A stretch of DNA of 64,000 nt from Setoptus koraiensis (Eukaryota; Animalia; Arthropoda), in assembly GCA_048013815.1 (NCBI GenBank), contig CM106585.1, forward strand, positions 20,770,001 to 20,834,000. Direction: 5' to 3'. The notes under the pieces were generated by a model. That model saw nothing but the letters and a program-made list of their open reading frames with translations. It made no database searches and had not been told where the DNA came from. Each line of letters starts with the position of its first letter. Within the stretch, counting starts at the first letter, position 1. Both the position numbers and the translations under genes were made by a program. Positions 41,156 through 52,512 of this stretch are shown here, in pieces.

Positions 41156-43140
41156 TTCGATCAACAATTTTGGAAATGTTCGATCTGCTACATCTGTGAC
41201 TTAACTTCGGCCGAAAGATGTACCAACGACACAGCACACATGAAAATCACAATAGTTTGCCATAACACTAAGCGAAATGAGTGCATTTCATTAGAGGTGT
41301 ATCATCGCCGAATTTCTGGGAAAATCCGAAAAATTCAGTCCGGACAGTTGAGCACCCTAAAAGCAGAAAATGAGAATATTGTGCAGAGGTGAACTGCGGC
41401 CAATGACTCTGTACTGAGAGCTGTTTTGAGGGCCAGGTAACGTTTGTTTTGGGATAGATTTATCAAATAGCTCCACACTTTCCCGATCGAAAGCTGACTG
41501 ATTGCTACATAGAGGTAGAATCGCATTTTTCGTATCGCGCCAGGCCGCACGATTGACTACTCATCAGCGTGATTCGCATTTGTGTCAGAGATGTTACACC
41601 ATAACACGATTTGAGGCCATTTATTTCCTAATGCTAGCTAATGATTCAATGATACGGATCGAGATATAGTCTCAGCCAGAGGATTAGGTGGCGTGCAGAT
41701 TATTTGAGCTAAGCCAGTAATCATGCAACTAACTGACTGGCTGTCTGATTAAGGGAACCGAGTTATTCAAATAAGATGGACGCGCGTGCGGTTAAGCTTC
41801 ATCGATACGTGCTGGCTCATAGGCAAGATTAAGACCAGATTCTATTGGGCCAGATTGATTCGAATGAAAAAAAAAAAACAATTGAATAATAAATTTTGCT
41901 TGCGCCATTTTGCCAGCAATTGTATCTATTGGAGACATTGAATAGGTGTGAGTCAACTTGCTGCCAGTAAGTGTGCTTGTATTGATGTCAATTGGATTAG
42001 GCTCCATCTTGTTCTTCAGAGATGAGTAAGTGGAAATATTAATTGTTCAACGACCACGACCACGCCAACATAGACAAAAGCATTTTGAAGGGATCCAAGA
42101 GCTACTGAGCTCAGATTGGACTACTCAATTCTGTGCAGGTTATAATTAATTTGAGTTATAATTAATTCGGTTCGTTGGAAAGGTTAATTAACTGGTTGAA
42201 ATTGATTATTCATGAGTCAGACTCCATCTTGCCTGACGATATATTCTAGTAAGTCAGGCTCGTTATGCCGTGAATATTCCCTGGGTGAATGCAATGTTCT
42301 AACTGGAATACGGACGATTGCTACAAGTACAAAATCTGCACACAATCTAGACGTTATATTTCGATCGTTGCGTGCTAGCCTACATACACTGTATTCAACT
42401 GTGGGAATATATCGGGGATATATCCAGCAGATTCGAGGTGGTTTCAGGTGAGCAAAGTTGCTAAATGCTATCTCTGATGCTTGATTTGATTGGTTTAGTT
42501 GCTTGGTTGGCTGATTGGGCGGTTTGATCTTGCGAAAAGATTGTCGCTCTGTAGCTATTTCAGATTGTCGAAAAGGCTGATTTGAGGTTTGATGGTTTGC
42601 AAATTGGGGCAATGAGCGTTTCCCCAAAACAGCGCTCAGAACCTGGTTCGTAAAAGAATAGTCAGTTGCGAATGGATTCTGTGCGGATGAACCGCACTTA
42701 ATCTGATAAATTCTAATCGCAAATCCACAACAGATTGTGGACTGTTTTCAACAGATGAACCAGCTGTTATCCCTACGAAGCCATTGTCATCTCTACCATA
42801 GACATCTGGAGTTCTCTGGCGGCATGCAGCCCTGTTAGAAAAACACTTTAGACGGTAGGTATGATTAATGAATTTATGCCCGATCTCACTGCTTTATCTG
42901 CACTCGCGTGTCCGGAGATACAATATGCAAATTTGCGCTGTTGATAATGCAAAATAAGCTCACGAATTCGGCCAATCCATATTTACACTATCACTAAATA
43001 GCGATAATGGTTGCATACTATATCAGATATTCAGATATCACACATCAAATATTCAGCTGACATAGCTTTAGCATTGTTGACTGGTGGATTGAATGAAACA
43101 AAATTGAATATTTGTTATGATGTAAACCTATTTCGGGCAA

Positions 43141-43423
43141 CTTTTAAAATGAGCCCCTCGTGTAATTTATATTAGAAAATGGTTCGAATTTTAGCGATGG
43201 CTCGGATGCCGTGCACTAGCTCTGACAGATAAATTAATTTGATGAATAAATCTCAACTCTATATTCTGCATAATTTATTAGTGGGCGCTACTGTGAATGA
43301 AACTTTCAAAAGGTTAGTTGGCTGCAACTAGATGTATTTCGTGCTCGCTTTGTGTACAGTTGTATGTGTGTCGGTGCGCGTTTAGCAAGCTGGCGAATAT
43401 AGCGAGGGGCCTCATTTTAAAAG
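43141..43423. mobile_element. Possible MITE-like non-autonomous element (283 bp) bounded by ~20-bp inverted repeats
   Basis: Left end CTTTTAAAATGAGCCCCTCG (43141-43160); right end CGAGGGGCCTCATTTTAAAAG (43403-43423), which is the reverse complement with one extra C. No internal ORF and no second copy seen in the window. Confidence 0.35.
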
Positions 43424-46110
43424 AAGCGAAATGCTGTTGCAAGCGGGGCAAAATTCATTCGATTTAACCCACCAGAAGCATTCTAGTGGAAGGGAACAGT
43501 TGAACTTTTTTTTCGAGGCGCTTCGTTTTGCCCAACACTTCTGAGGGGGTCACTTTTGCAAACGGGGGCCCGTTAGCACACTGCGTTGCTGCCGCTATTC
43601 AGAAAACGCTTTTTACGCCGTTGATTCGGAATTGTTTTACAGATCCGCGTGCCCTTGTCTCCGCCGTTGGGAGCCGCTGGGAGCCGTTGGTCGCGAAACA
43701 CTTTTGTTTTGAAATGATAAAATGAGCGCAGCAACAATGGCATGAAGGTGCCCGAAATTATCATCATCTTTTCGCCAGTTCTGGTTTCTTGTCTTGTGGC
43801 TAGGTTAAAGCAGCTTCAGCACCCGTGCCCGTGTGCAAGAGCGCAACGAGGCCGTGAAATAAATGAATTGTTAACATATTCCCGCCTTTCACATTTGCAT
43901 GCGAATGTCTGAATATTTGCATCTCAACATTTGCATCTAGTGAAAATTCACATCTGATCTTGGCACACCTATTGCCTGGTGCTGATGATAATGATGATGG
44001 CGATATAAATAAAAAATATCATAGCCGCCCAGTGAATAGTGGCTGCTGGTGGCACTGTATCAGCTGTATGGTGATGGGATATTTTCAAGGAGATTCATCA
44101 CAGGAGATTACTAGAGATTTTGAAATAGTGGGGTGCCTGTTGTGCCGCATAGTTTAAAATTAACCAGATATGGGTGGGCGAAGAAAAAGAAGCGCAGCAA
44201 ACGTTTGATTAGGGAGCCAGCGAAAAAGTTGATTGGAAAAATGGAAGAAAATGAGAGTGAGTTCATCGGGTGACACCATGGTGCTTTTTAGTGGTGCTGT
44301 AGCCTCATTTTAGGTTCAAAGTGGTAATCTCGTCTGGGATGAACTTGGGCTCTCGGATCGACAATATTATTATAATATTCATCTCGCTAGCTGCTCGACA
44401 ACACAACCAACTAGCACAACCAGAGATGCAGCCCCGAGATAAGAGTGACTTTGGGGCCGACTGGGGGGTGTTTATTCAAGTGAGCGGACCACAAACAGTT
44501 GGCCCGTTAGCCATAGTTAGCAATCAGCCCGTTGATTGGTTAACGAATCCACTTTGCCAGCCAGTGAGCCAGCCAGCCAGCCAAGCAGGCTTAGAATAGA
44601 GATATAATGGCTGAAATTTAACCATTTTGGCTCGCTGCAGCTATTCCAGTCAACCGAATATCTAGATATTGCCGAGTGACTTTTAATCGGCTTCATTCGG
44701 CCGGCTGAAATGCCAGGCGTCTAATATTACCGAGCAACTCGCTGGCAGCTTACTTGTCACTATATCTCGTTTTTGTTGGATGACAGCGGCTGCCTATTGC
44801 GGCGTTTGTTGCATCTCGGTGAATATTCTTGGTTGTGTGTGTGCTGGCATTAAATTGTCTGGCGTTGTTTTACTAACTGTTAGAGGATATGTCTGAGGAT
44901 CGCTGTCGTCGCCCCACTTTGAGATGCTTCATTAGTTCATTTGGAGCGATGATCATAGCGCCATAGAGGGCCAATAGAGGGCTAATTGTCTCCTTCTCTC
45001 TATTACTACTAGTAACTAACTAAATAGCGACGGCCGACTGGCGGACGCAACACAACCAGCAAACAACCAGCACAACACAACACAACACAACACAGCACAA
45101 GCGACTGTGGCTGTGTTTGTGACAATGGGGCCCTCTATATAGATAATTACCGGGCACTTCATCACGACAGCCAGAGACACGAGAGTTATCTCAGTGAGCG
45201 CGCTAAAGCCCGTTATTCAAATTAGAGTACCCAAAGTCAGGCTGAGCCCTCAATGAAAATAACTGGCACGGATGACGGGTTTTTGGGGCGAGCTCGTCAC
45301 TAATCATTGATGAGCTTATGCGCTGCTGCTGCTGCTGCGTGTGATCGACCGATTGTCGACTAACTGGCACTATCGTGTGTCGCAACAACTACCACCATGG
45401 TCATCAAAAGTATCAACATTCAAATTTAGTGAGGGGACACTCAATTGCAAACACTCATTAGTTGATTGGGCCAGCAACAACAAATGGCTTGCTGTTGCTG
45501 TTGCTGTTGGTGGCGAGCTCGCTCTCATGATTGTCGTCGTTTCTTTGTTCACACGCCACGAGCAACTTAGCGACAAGTTGAACAGTTTAGACAACAGCCC
45601 GGTCTACACAATTTTGGCTCGCACCCGTTGCACGCGTTCTCAATCTGCGCTTACTGGTGCCCCTTTTGTTTGTACTCAATCTTTTTACTAACTGTGCAAA
45701 CGAGGCAAAACCAAAAGTAAAACTTTGCCGGCTTCTCGATTTGGCCTCGTTGTGATGACAGGTTCACATTGACATAAGCACCAGTGAATAAGGAAGCCAA
45801 CAGTGTCTGCCAATAGGCTCAAGTGGCTATAAATATATCGCCTGAAAGTAGACAATTGAAAAGAGAAGCCAATAGAAACCAATAGCCAGTTGGCTGGGCC
45901 CCGTCACCAAATAACAGTTTGTGTAACAGGCCCAATATTCGCCGGGGAGCCTCATATTATATGAGGCCTCATATATGAGCGGTTGAATATGTTTATTTTA
46001 TTGCTGTCATGATGCTGCCATGATGCCGCCATGATGCTGCCGTGGCTACAGCGACCATAGCGATGCGCCAAGTCGAACGAGCGAGCAGCATAATAATCTT
46101 GCAGGGGACA

Positions 46111-46196
46111 CTCTTTTTCTCCTCTTTCCATCTCTTTTTTCTTTCCTTTTTTCTTTCCATCTGTTTTCTCCTCTCTCTATGCTTTCCCTCGCTCTT
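46111..46196 (+). repeat. Long polypyrimidine low-complexity tract
   Basis: About 85 nt of almost pure C/T. Confidence 0.8.
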
Positions 46197-47958
46197 GCAA
46201 TGCACCTCACGTTATTTTTTTCATGCCCCAATCGGCCAGCTAGATGCAAGAAAGAAATTGTTTCTTTTTTGTTTGCATTCAACTATCAACATCCAATTGG
46301 TCAGGCTCGCCCCAAAGACAGCGCTCACTCATTGCCGTCTCTCATGACTAATGAAACCAATTGAAAGATCAGTCGAACCTCCATTTCCGGCTAATTGTGG
46401 TCAGGGCCACATTTTCATGCACTTAGAAATATTTTTTTTTTAGTACACGAGAGCCGCCATCGATTGCCGAAAATCAAAAAAAAGTCTGATAAAAATACTT
46501 CCGAGGGCATGCATCGTTCTAATCTGACTGTTCGCGTTTTTTTCCATGTTCGAACGCCGAATAGTCCGAGTTCAGACCACGCTCGTCGGCCCGGTCTGGC
46601 GAAACTGTCAATTGTCGAGATCATACCCAAATCGATAATGAGATTGAATAAAATAGAACAACTTTATACAACTTTATACAGTGTCTGGCTAGTTTGACCG
46701 TGCAGGCCGAACCATGAGAGTTTCACTTGATTTTTATGTCTATCGTTGCCGTTGATAAATGCGACAACAAAACATTGATTTCTGTTCGACTATCAACTCA
46801 CTCACTTTGCAGGGCCTCTCCATAACTTTCGAGGCAACTTTTGCCACTTCACTCGATGTGCATAGAAGCATAATTAAGGTTCTCTAGCAAGTTTTTCACA
46901 TGGCGCCCCGGGTGGATCACATATACAGCATGTAGTCAGTTTGATGTACAGGTAAAAAAGAGAGTGAAATAGCCTGTAATCCACTGATCAATTCATATAT
47001 GTGATTCACCTGGCTTGTAGCTTGTGCGTCAATTGCATCTTTATGCAAATAGTCTGCTACTTAAACATTTATCTATCTATGCAACTCGAATAGTTCATGA
47101 TAGTTCAAATGGTCTCTACACAAATCCAATCTAATTATTCATACGAGATAGCACCTAATTGTCAAGACTATAGTTTCTTTGGCTGCAATTTATAGGGCCT
47201 CTTTATTTATATATGTATAAAGAGTTTTTATTTACTTTTTAAGCATATTGGCATATTGAGCGCTCATGCGCCGGCTTATGTGTACATACCATGTATACCA
47301 TGGATATATCCGTGGATGGATATAAATGATGAGAGTGTTGATTGGTCGGATAGCTACTGTTCATAGTTGCATGGCATATATTTTTATGTGCGGCTATCTA
47401 GGTATATGTAGATCATCATTGATCTGCATAAATATAAATGCAAATAAAATCACTTAACTGTATCTAGGCTGCACGCGCGCACACATCCAACAGTAAATAT
47501 CTGGATAACTGGATGTGACTGAGCCGGCCTGACAATACCGTTATTTGCTATGCGCCCCATTTGATAGATAAGCCCGCGGGCGTATACCTTTGGTACACAC
47601 ACATTGGGCCCTCTCGCTGTTTCTGTCTGTCAGTGTTTCGGTTTATCCACACCTTTTTTTGTTTCGAAGCATCAAGCAAGTACTCAATTATATCCTATTT
47701 CTGTATTGCCTTATAAAACCATCATTGTGTGTGTATAGGTATGATTGAGCGCACTAAATCAATAGCTATTGCTCATCAGCGACGAGGCCAACATCAGAAC
47801 CGTGGACCAGTCAATATCTGGATCGATCGCATCATGGGTCATCACATCATTTGAGCATCAGACAAAACTGAGCGATGAGCGCCGATATGTTCGCTTGATT
47901 GAAACAATTTTCATTCACATTAAGCAATTCACACATAACAGCAAGTTACACATAACAG

Positions 47959-48076
47959 GTAACAGTGGCGAAAATTGAGTAATTCATTGAATTAATTAAA
48001 GCGAATTTCGGCCATTGTCTCTCAATTCGATCACGAGTGAAGCGGCCAGCAATAGGAAGATGCTTTTTAACGCCAG
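47959..48076 (+). other. Probable 118-nt intron in the Shaw 5' UTR
   Basis: Donor CAG|GTAACA at 47958/47959 and acceptor CTTTTTAACGCCAG ending at 48076, 18 nt before the ATG. The upstream exon has an in-frame TAA, so it is non-coding. Confidence 0.45.
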
Positions 48077-48094
48077 CTCAAACACAATATCGCC

Positions 48095-51000
48095 ATGATA
48101 CACAATCATTATAATATTCATCGCAGTCAGAACAGCAGTTTGTATAGTGGCAGCCTGATGAAGATGAGCACCGGTGGTGTTGGCGAAACAACAGCTCACA
48201 GTGCACAACAGCAACAACAATCTGCATCATTGTTGCATCAAAACAACAACAACAATGCAGACAACAACGGAGGCCAACAAAACGACAAAACAACAACATC
48301 TACAAACAAGCAACAACAGCAAAAATTGAATCTCAGCCAGCAACAGCAGCAGCAGGTGAGCCGAGCCGAGCCAACAGTGAAATTGGTTGACGATCTCAAT
48401 GTCAACATCGCCAACGAGAACAGAGTTGTATTAAATGTTGGCGGCATTCGCCACGAAACTTACAAGGTAACGTTACATCTCATTACATAACTCATAATAG
48501 CGAAATTATATCAACAATACATATAAAACTCAATCACTAATTAACTCGTTGAATTGCGAACGCGCGCTTCATTGCAATCATTTCAGGCTACACTCAAGAA
48601 GATTCCTGCCACTAGATTGTCTCGTTTGACAGAGGCCTTAGGCAATTATGATCCCGTTTTGGGCGAATATTTTTTCGATCGCCATCCAGGTGTATTTGGT
48701 CAGATATTGAACTATTATCGCACGGGCAAATTGCACTACCCCACAGACGTGTGCGGACCCCTCTTTGAAGCCGAGCTAGAGTTTTGGGGCCTGGATGCCA
48801 ATCAGGTGAGTCGATAGGGGGAGCCAACTGACTGCGTTGACATTGATTCTAGCGACCATAATGTGTTATAACGTCGGTTTCCGTCAATATATCAGTGACA
48901 TTAATTAATTTTCTTGATTAATCAACAACTATCAACCATTTTCACCGTGCCCACTGCAACTGACAACTGACAACTCGCTGACAACTGATGACACAAATCG
49001 GACCAAATCGGACCAAATCGAATCAAATGGGCCCCCACAACAGGTTGAGCCTTGCTGCTGGATGACCTACACCCAGCACAGGGACACCGAGGAGACGCTG
49101 GCCGTTTTGGACAGGCTAGATTTGGACACCGAGAAGCCGAGCGACGAGGAGATAGCGCGAAAGTTTGGCATGGAGGAGGACTACATCAACAATCGGCTGT
49201 CGAAATGGCAAAAGCTCAAACCAAAAATGTGGTCCTTTTTCGATGAGCCTCACTCATCTATGGGCGCCAAAGTGAGTAAATTGAGACACCGCCAATCGCT
49301 AATTAAATTATCTGTAGTTGTGTGCCAATTCACCACTAATGCCATTTATATTTATGTTGCGCTTTCAATTGATTGAATTACCTGTGGCGGTTGCCGCAAT
49401 AACCCACCATATCGGCAACAACAATGTAAATTCACGCAATTCATAATATACAATTTATGATATCGACAATACAATACAATATTCACGATGACCAACACAG
49501 GTGATGGGGTACGTGTCGCTGGCGTTCATTGTGGTGTCCATTGGGTCGTTCTGTCTGAAGACCGATCCCAGCCAACGAGTGCCCGTAATACGAAACGTTA
49601 CAGTTATTACAGCAAACAATACGCGAGAGTGGTCATTGGATAAGGTGACAACAAAACCGAAAGAGGGCTTCCAATATGTTGAAACGGGTTGTAATATATG
49701 GTTCACGTTTGAGATATTAATTAGGTTTATATCGTGTCCATCTAAATTGACATTCGTAAAATCAATAGTGAACATAATTGATATGACGGCCACTATGAGC
49801 TTTTATATTGATTTAACTTTACAAAAGTATGCCTCTCATTTAGAGAATGCCGATATTTTAGAGTTCTTCTCTATTATAAGAATAATGAGATTATTCAAGT
49901 TGACTAGACACTCAAATGGACTCAAGATATTAGTGCAAACATTCAAGGCGTCAGCTGGCGAACTAATGTTACTTGTATTCTTCCTATTGTTAGGCATAGT
50001 TATATTTGCCAGTTTGATTTATTATGCCGAACGAATACAGACAAATCCGGACAATGATTTCAATTCCATACCATTGGGCCTGTGGTGGGCACTAGTAACA
50101 ATGACCACCGTGGGCTATGGCGACCTCATACCCAAGACCTATCTAGGTGAGTTAAGCCGCTTACATTTTCATTTAGCCAGTGGCCACTGCTTATCCCTCC
50201 ATTTGCACCCATTCGTAGCCATTCGTAGCCATTCGTGGTCGTTTGAGGCCGTTTGGGGCCGTTTGGGGCCCCCTTTTGTAGACTTTCGCGGTCGCTGAAA
50301 GGACGCGCGTTACAAACGGGGCCCCATGGATTATTGAATTGATACCAGCGACTGATATGTGCATTTAGCTGTACATGTGAATTTAGATGACCATACACAC
50401 TCACACCAGCGGCCAGTTTGTGCAACGCCGGCTGTATAAATTTGCCACCGTCAGATATTGTGACGGCCAGACACGGTTATTTTTGCAAATTAATACAATC
50501 TCTCTCTCTCTCTCTCTCGCTGTGTGTGTGACAACAGCGTAGCAATTCTGGCGAGCAAATTGGCGCCGCCAGCCAAAATTGTCTGGCTGGTGTCTTGAAA
50601 AAAGGCAAACTGGCGCACCAATTGAAGCACCGCCGGACCCCTGCCCAACGGTGCCAGTCAGTAGCCAAAGATGTTTGAGTGGCAAGATGCAAAATATGAT
50701 ACGCGAGCGCCGCTAATAGTGTCCAGCGCCAGTGTTTGCTTATGTAGTCAACGGTCGCCTGACAATGACAATGATCGATCGGATAACGTGTTTTTCTGCT
50801 TGTAGGCTATCCACTGGATGATAAACTAGCCACGCTGTATTATGCAATGTGACTGCGAGAGAAACCGGTCAGGGGCTAACAGATTATGTGACCTTAATGC
50901 TCATGTTCAAGGACCTAGGTCAGTGGGTTTGACGAGTCTCGGACAGATTAAACAGCGCTCGAGCACAAACACTGGCCAGGCCAGCCAGCAAGGCTCCATA

Positions 51001-52512
51001 TGCATGCACTAACGCCGCAACTAATATGATACTAATACCATCAAATACTGTTTGTTGGGGGACGGATAATTGCTGTGCGGACAATATAATCGAAATAACA
51101 TCCCCCATAACGCTTCCGTGGTTACGAATACACTCACTCAACTACCCCGCTGATAATCAATTATATTTCTTGTTACACTATAATACAAAATTTAATTTCT
51201 ATCTTTTCCTTACTTCCATTGTACTTCTTATCCTCTATTCTCTAGGTATGTTTGTTGGTGCGCTATGTGCCTTAGCCGGCGTGTTGACCATCGCACTGCC
51301 AGGTAAGATATCGTGTGAGCTATTGCTGAGCATCAAAGTTATACTCACTAGCAATCAATTCCGGTTTACCGTAACACCTCAAATCCAAGTCGGATCCCCG
51401 AAACTATCGCTCAATTTAATCAAAACTTATCAATCTGACCATTCTAACACGTAAACTTCTTCTTTCCAAAACTCATCGCGACACGATCGATAATTACCTG
51501 CACTTGGCGTGACACAACAGTGCCAGTTATAGTTTCAAATTTTGCTATGTTTTATTCACACGCTCAAGCTAGAGATAAATTGCCGAAAAAACGTCGTAGG
51601 GTACTGCCCGTGGAGCATTTACCCAGGGCACTGGCGCTCAGATCTAATCCGTGCCCCAATGTACTCCACCCTCGGCCCCCTGTCACTCTTATGGCCGGCA
51701 ATTTAACTTCAACCCCAATGACACAATCCGGGTCAGCAGGTGGCTCTGGTGGTGGACCCGGCTTTATGGGGGCCACACCTAGAGGTAGTGCTGGCTTTAG
51801 TGGAGCGGGCGGCGGCATACCGATTAATTATTATAAACTCAATTCAATGGTCAATACATCATCAGTAGCGGCGGCGCCAACGATGCACCAACAAGCAGTG
51901 TCAAGTATAAGCGCCGATAATCAACAATTACCAGTAGGTAGCCAAAATTTCAACTCCACACTCGTCAGTAACAATCAACAATCACAACAACAACAACAAC
52001 AACAGATATCAGCTTTAAGCGCTCAGCTTGCCGGCCAACTCAATCAACAATCTCATAATAACATGGCACTGGTGCCCAGGGCCGCGACATCAGACCATTA
52101 TTGGAGATCTAGGATAAATCTGTCTAATAAAGATCTTCTGCCCGATTCTTCGCCAACTCCTATCCATTCTGAAACATCACCAAGCAAGAGCTCTTTAATT
52201 GACACTAAAAAATCCAAAAAAACGGAAACAAACAACACCAAGCAACATACCTCAGACAGTGACTTAACACCGACTAGCCATCCGAGACAGACCGAAAGTG
52301 GCTCCAAAGATGGCTCGACAAAACTGGACAATCTAGACAAGATACCGGAACAGGCAATGGACGAAAACAATCAGGATCAACAGGAGGATAAAAGTAACGA
52401 AGATTCAGTTTCGGATGATAATCAATCGTGTTCATCTAGTCCCTTCTCGAATAGACAGTGTCCTTGTTGTAACGACCGGAAGGAAAGCTCAGATAGATCT
52501 ACAGTACTCTAG
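48095..52512 (+). CDS. Shaw: Shaw / Kv3 (KCNC) voltage-gated potassium channel alpha subunit, 6 coding exons, about 837 aa
   Basis: Exons 48095-48466, 48587-48805, 49044-49271, 49501-50146, 51246-51302 and 51521-52512. All introns are GT-AG and frame-consistent (phases 0,0,0,1,1). Recognised elements: T1 domain [31 protein letters not shown], Zn motif HYPTDVC...EPCC, S4 [13 protein letters not shown], pore TMTTVGYGD and S6 [11 protein letters not shown]. These segments are nearly identical to Drosophila Shaw as I recall it. Confidence 0.97.
48994..49030. repeat. 10-bp tandem repeat (CAAATCGGAC-like) x4 in Shaw coding intron 2
   Basis: caaatcggac x2, caaatcgaat, caaatgggcc, immediately upstream of the acceptor. 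Confidence 0.75.
50211..50270. repeat. Six degenerate units in exact 10-bp register in Shaw coding intron 4
   Basis: attcgtagcc x2, attcgtggtc, gtttgaggcc, gtttggggcc x2. Confidence 0.8.

Noticed and set aside
42313-42399. DDCYKYKIC...C*PTYTVFN, resembling a CBM14 chitin-binding motif
   Set aside because: There is an in-frame TAG at 42376, the spacing is off by one residue, and the remaining cysteines and a signal peptide are missing.
42448-42459. GTGAGCAAAGTT, identical to the first 12 nt of miR-87
   Set aside because: The rest of the mature sequence does not match, no hairpin partner is evident, and it coincides with a CAG|GTGAGC donor-like site.
50410-50440. Possible editing-complementary sequence for the Shaw S6 exon (ACGCCGGCT)
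   Set aside because: Only about 9 nt of complementarity, too short for an ADAR duplex.
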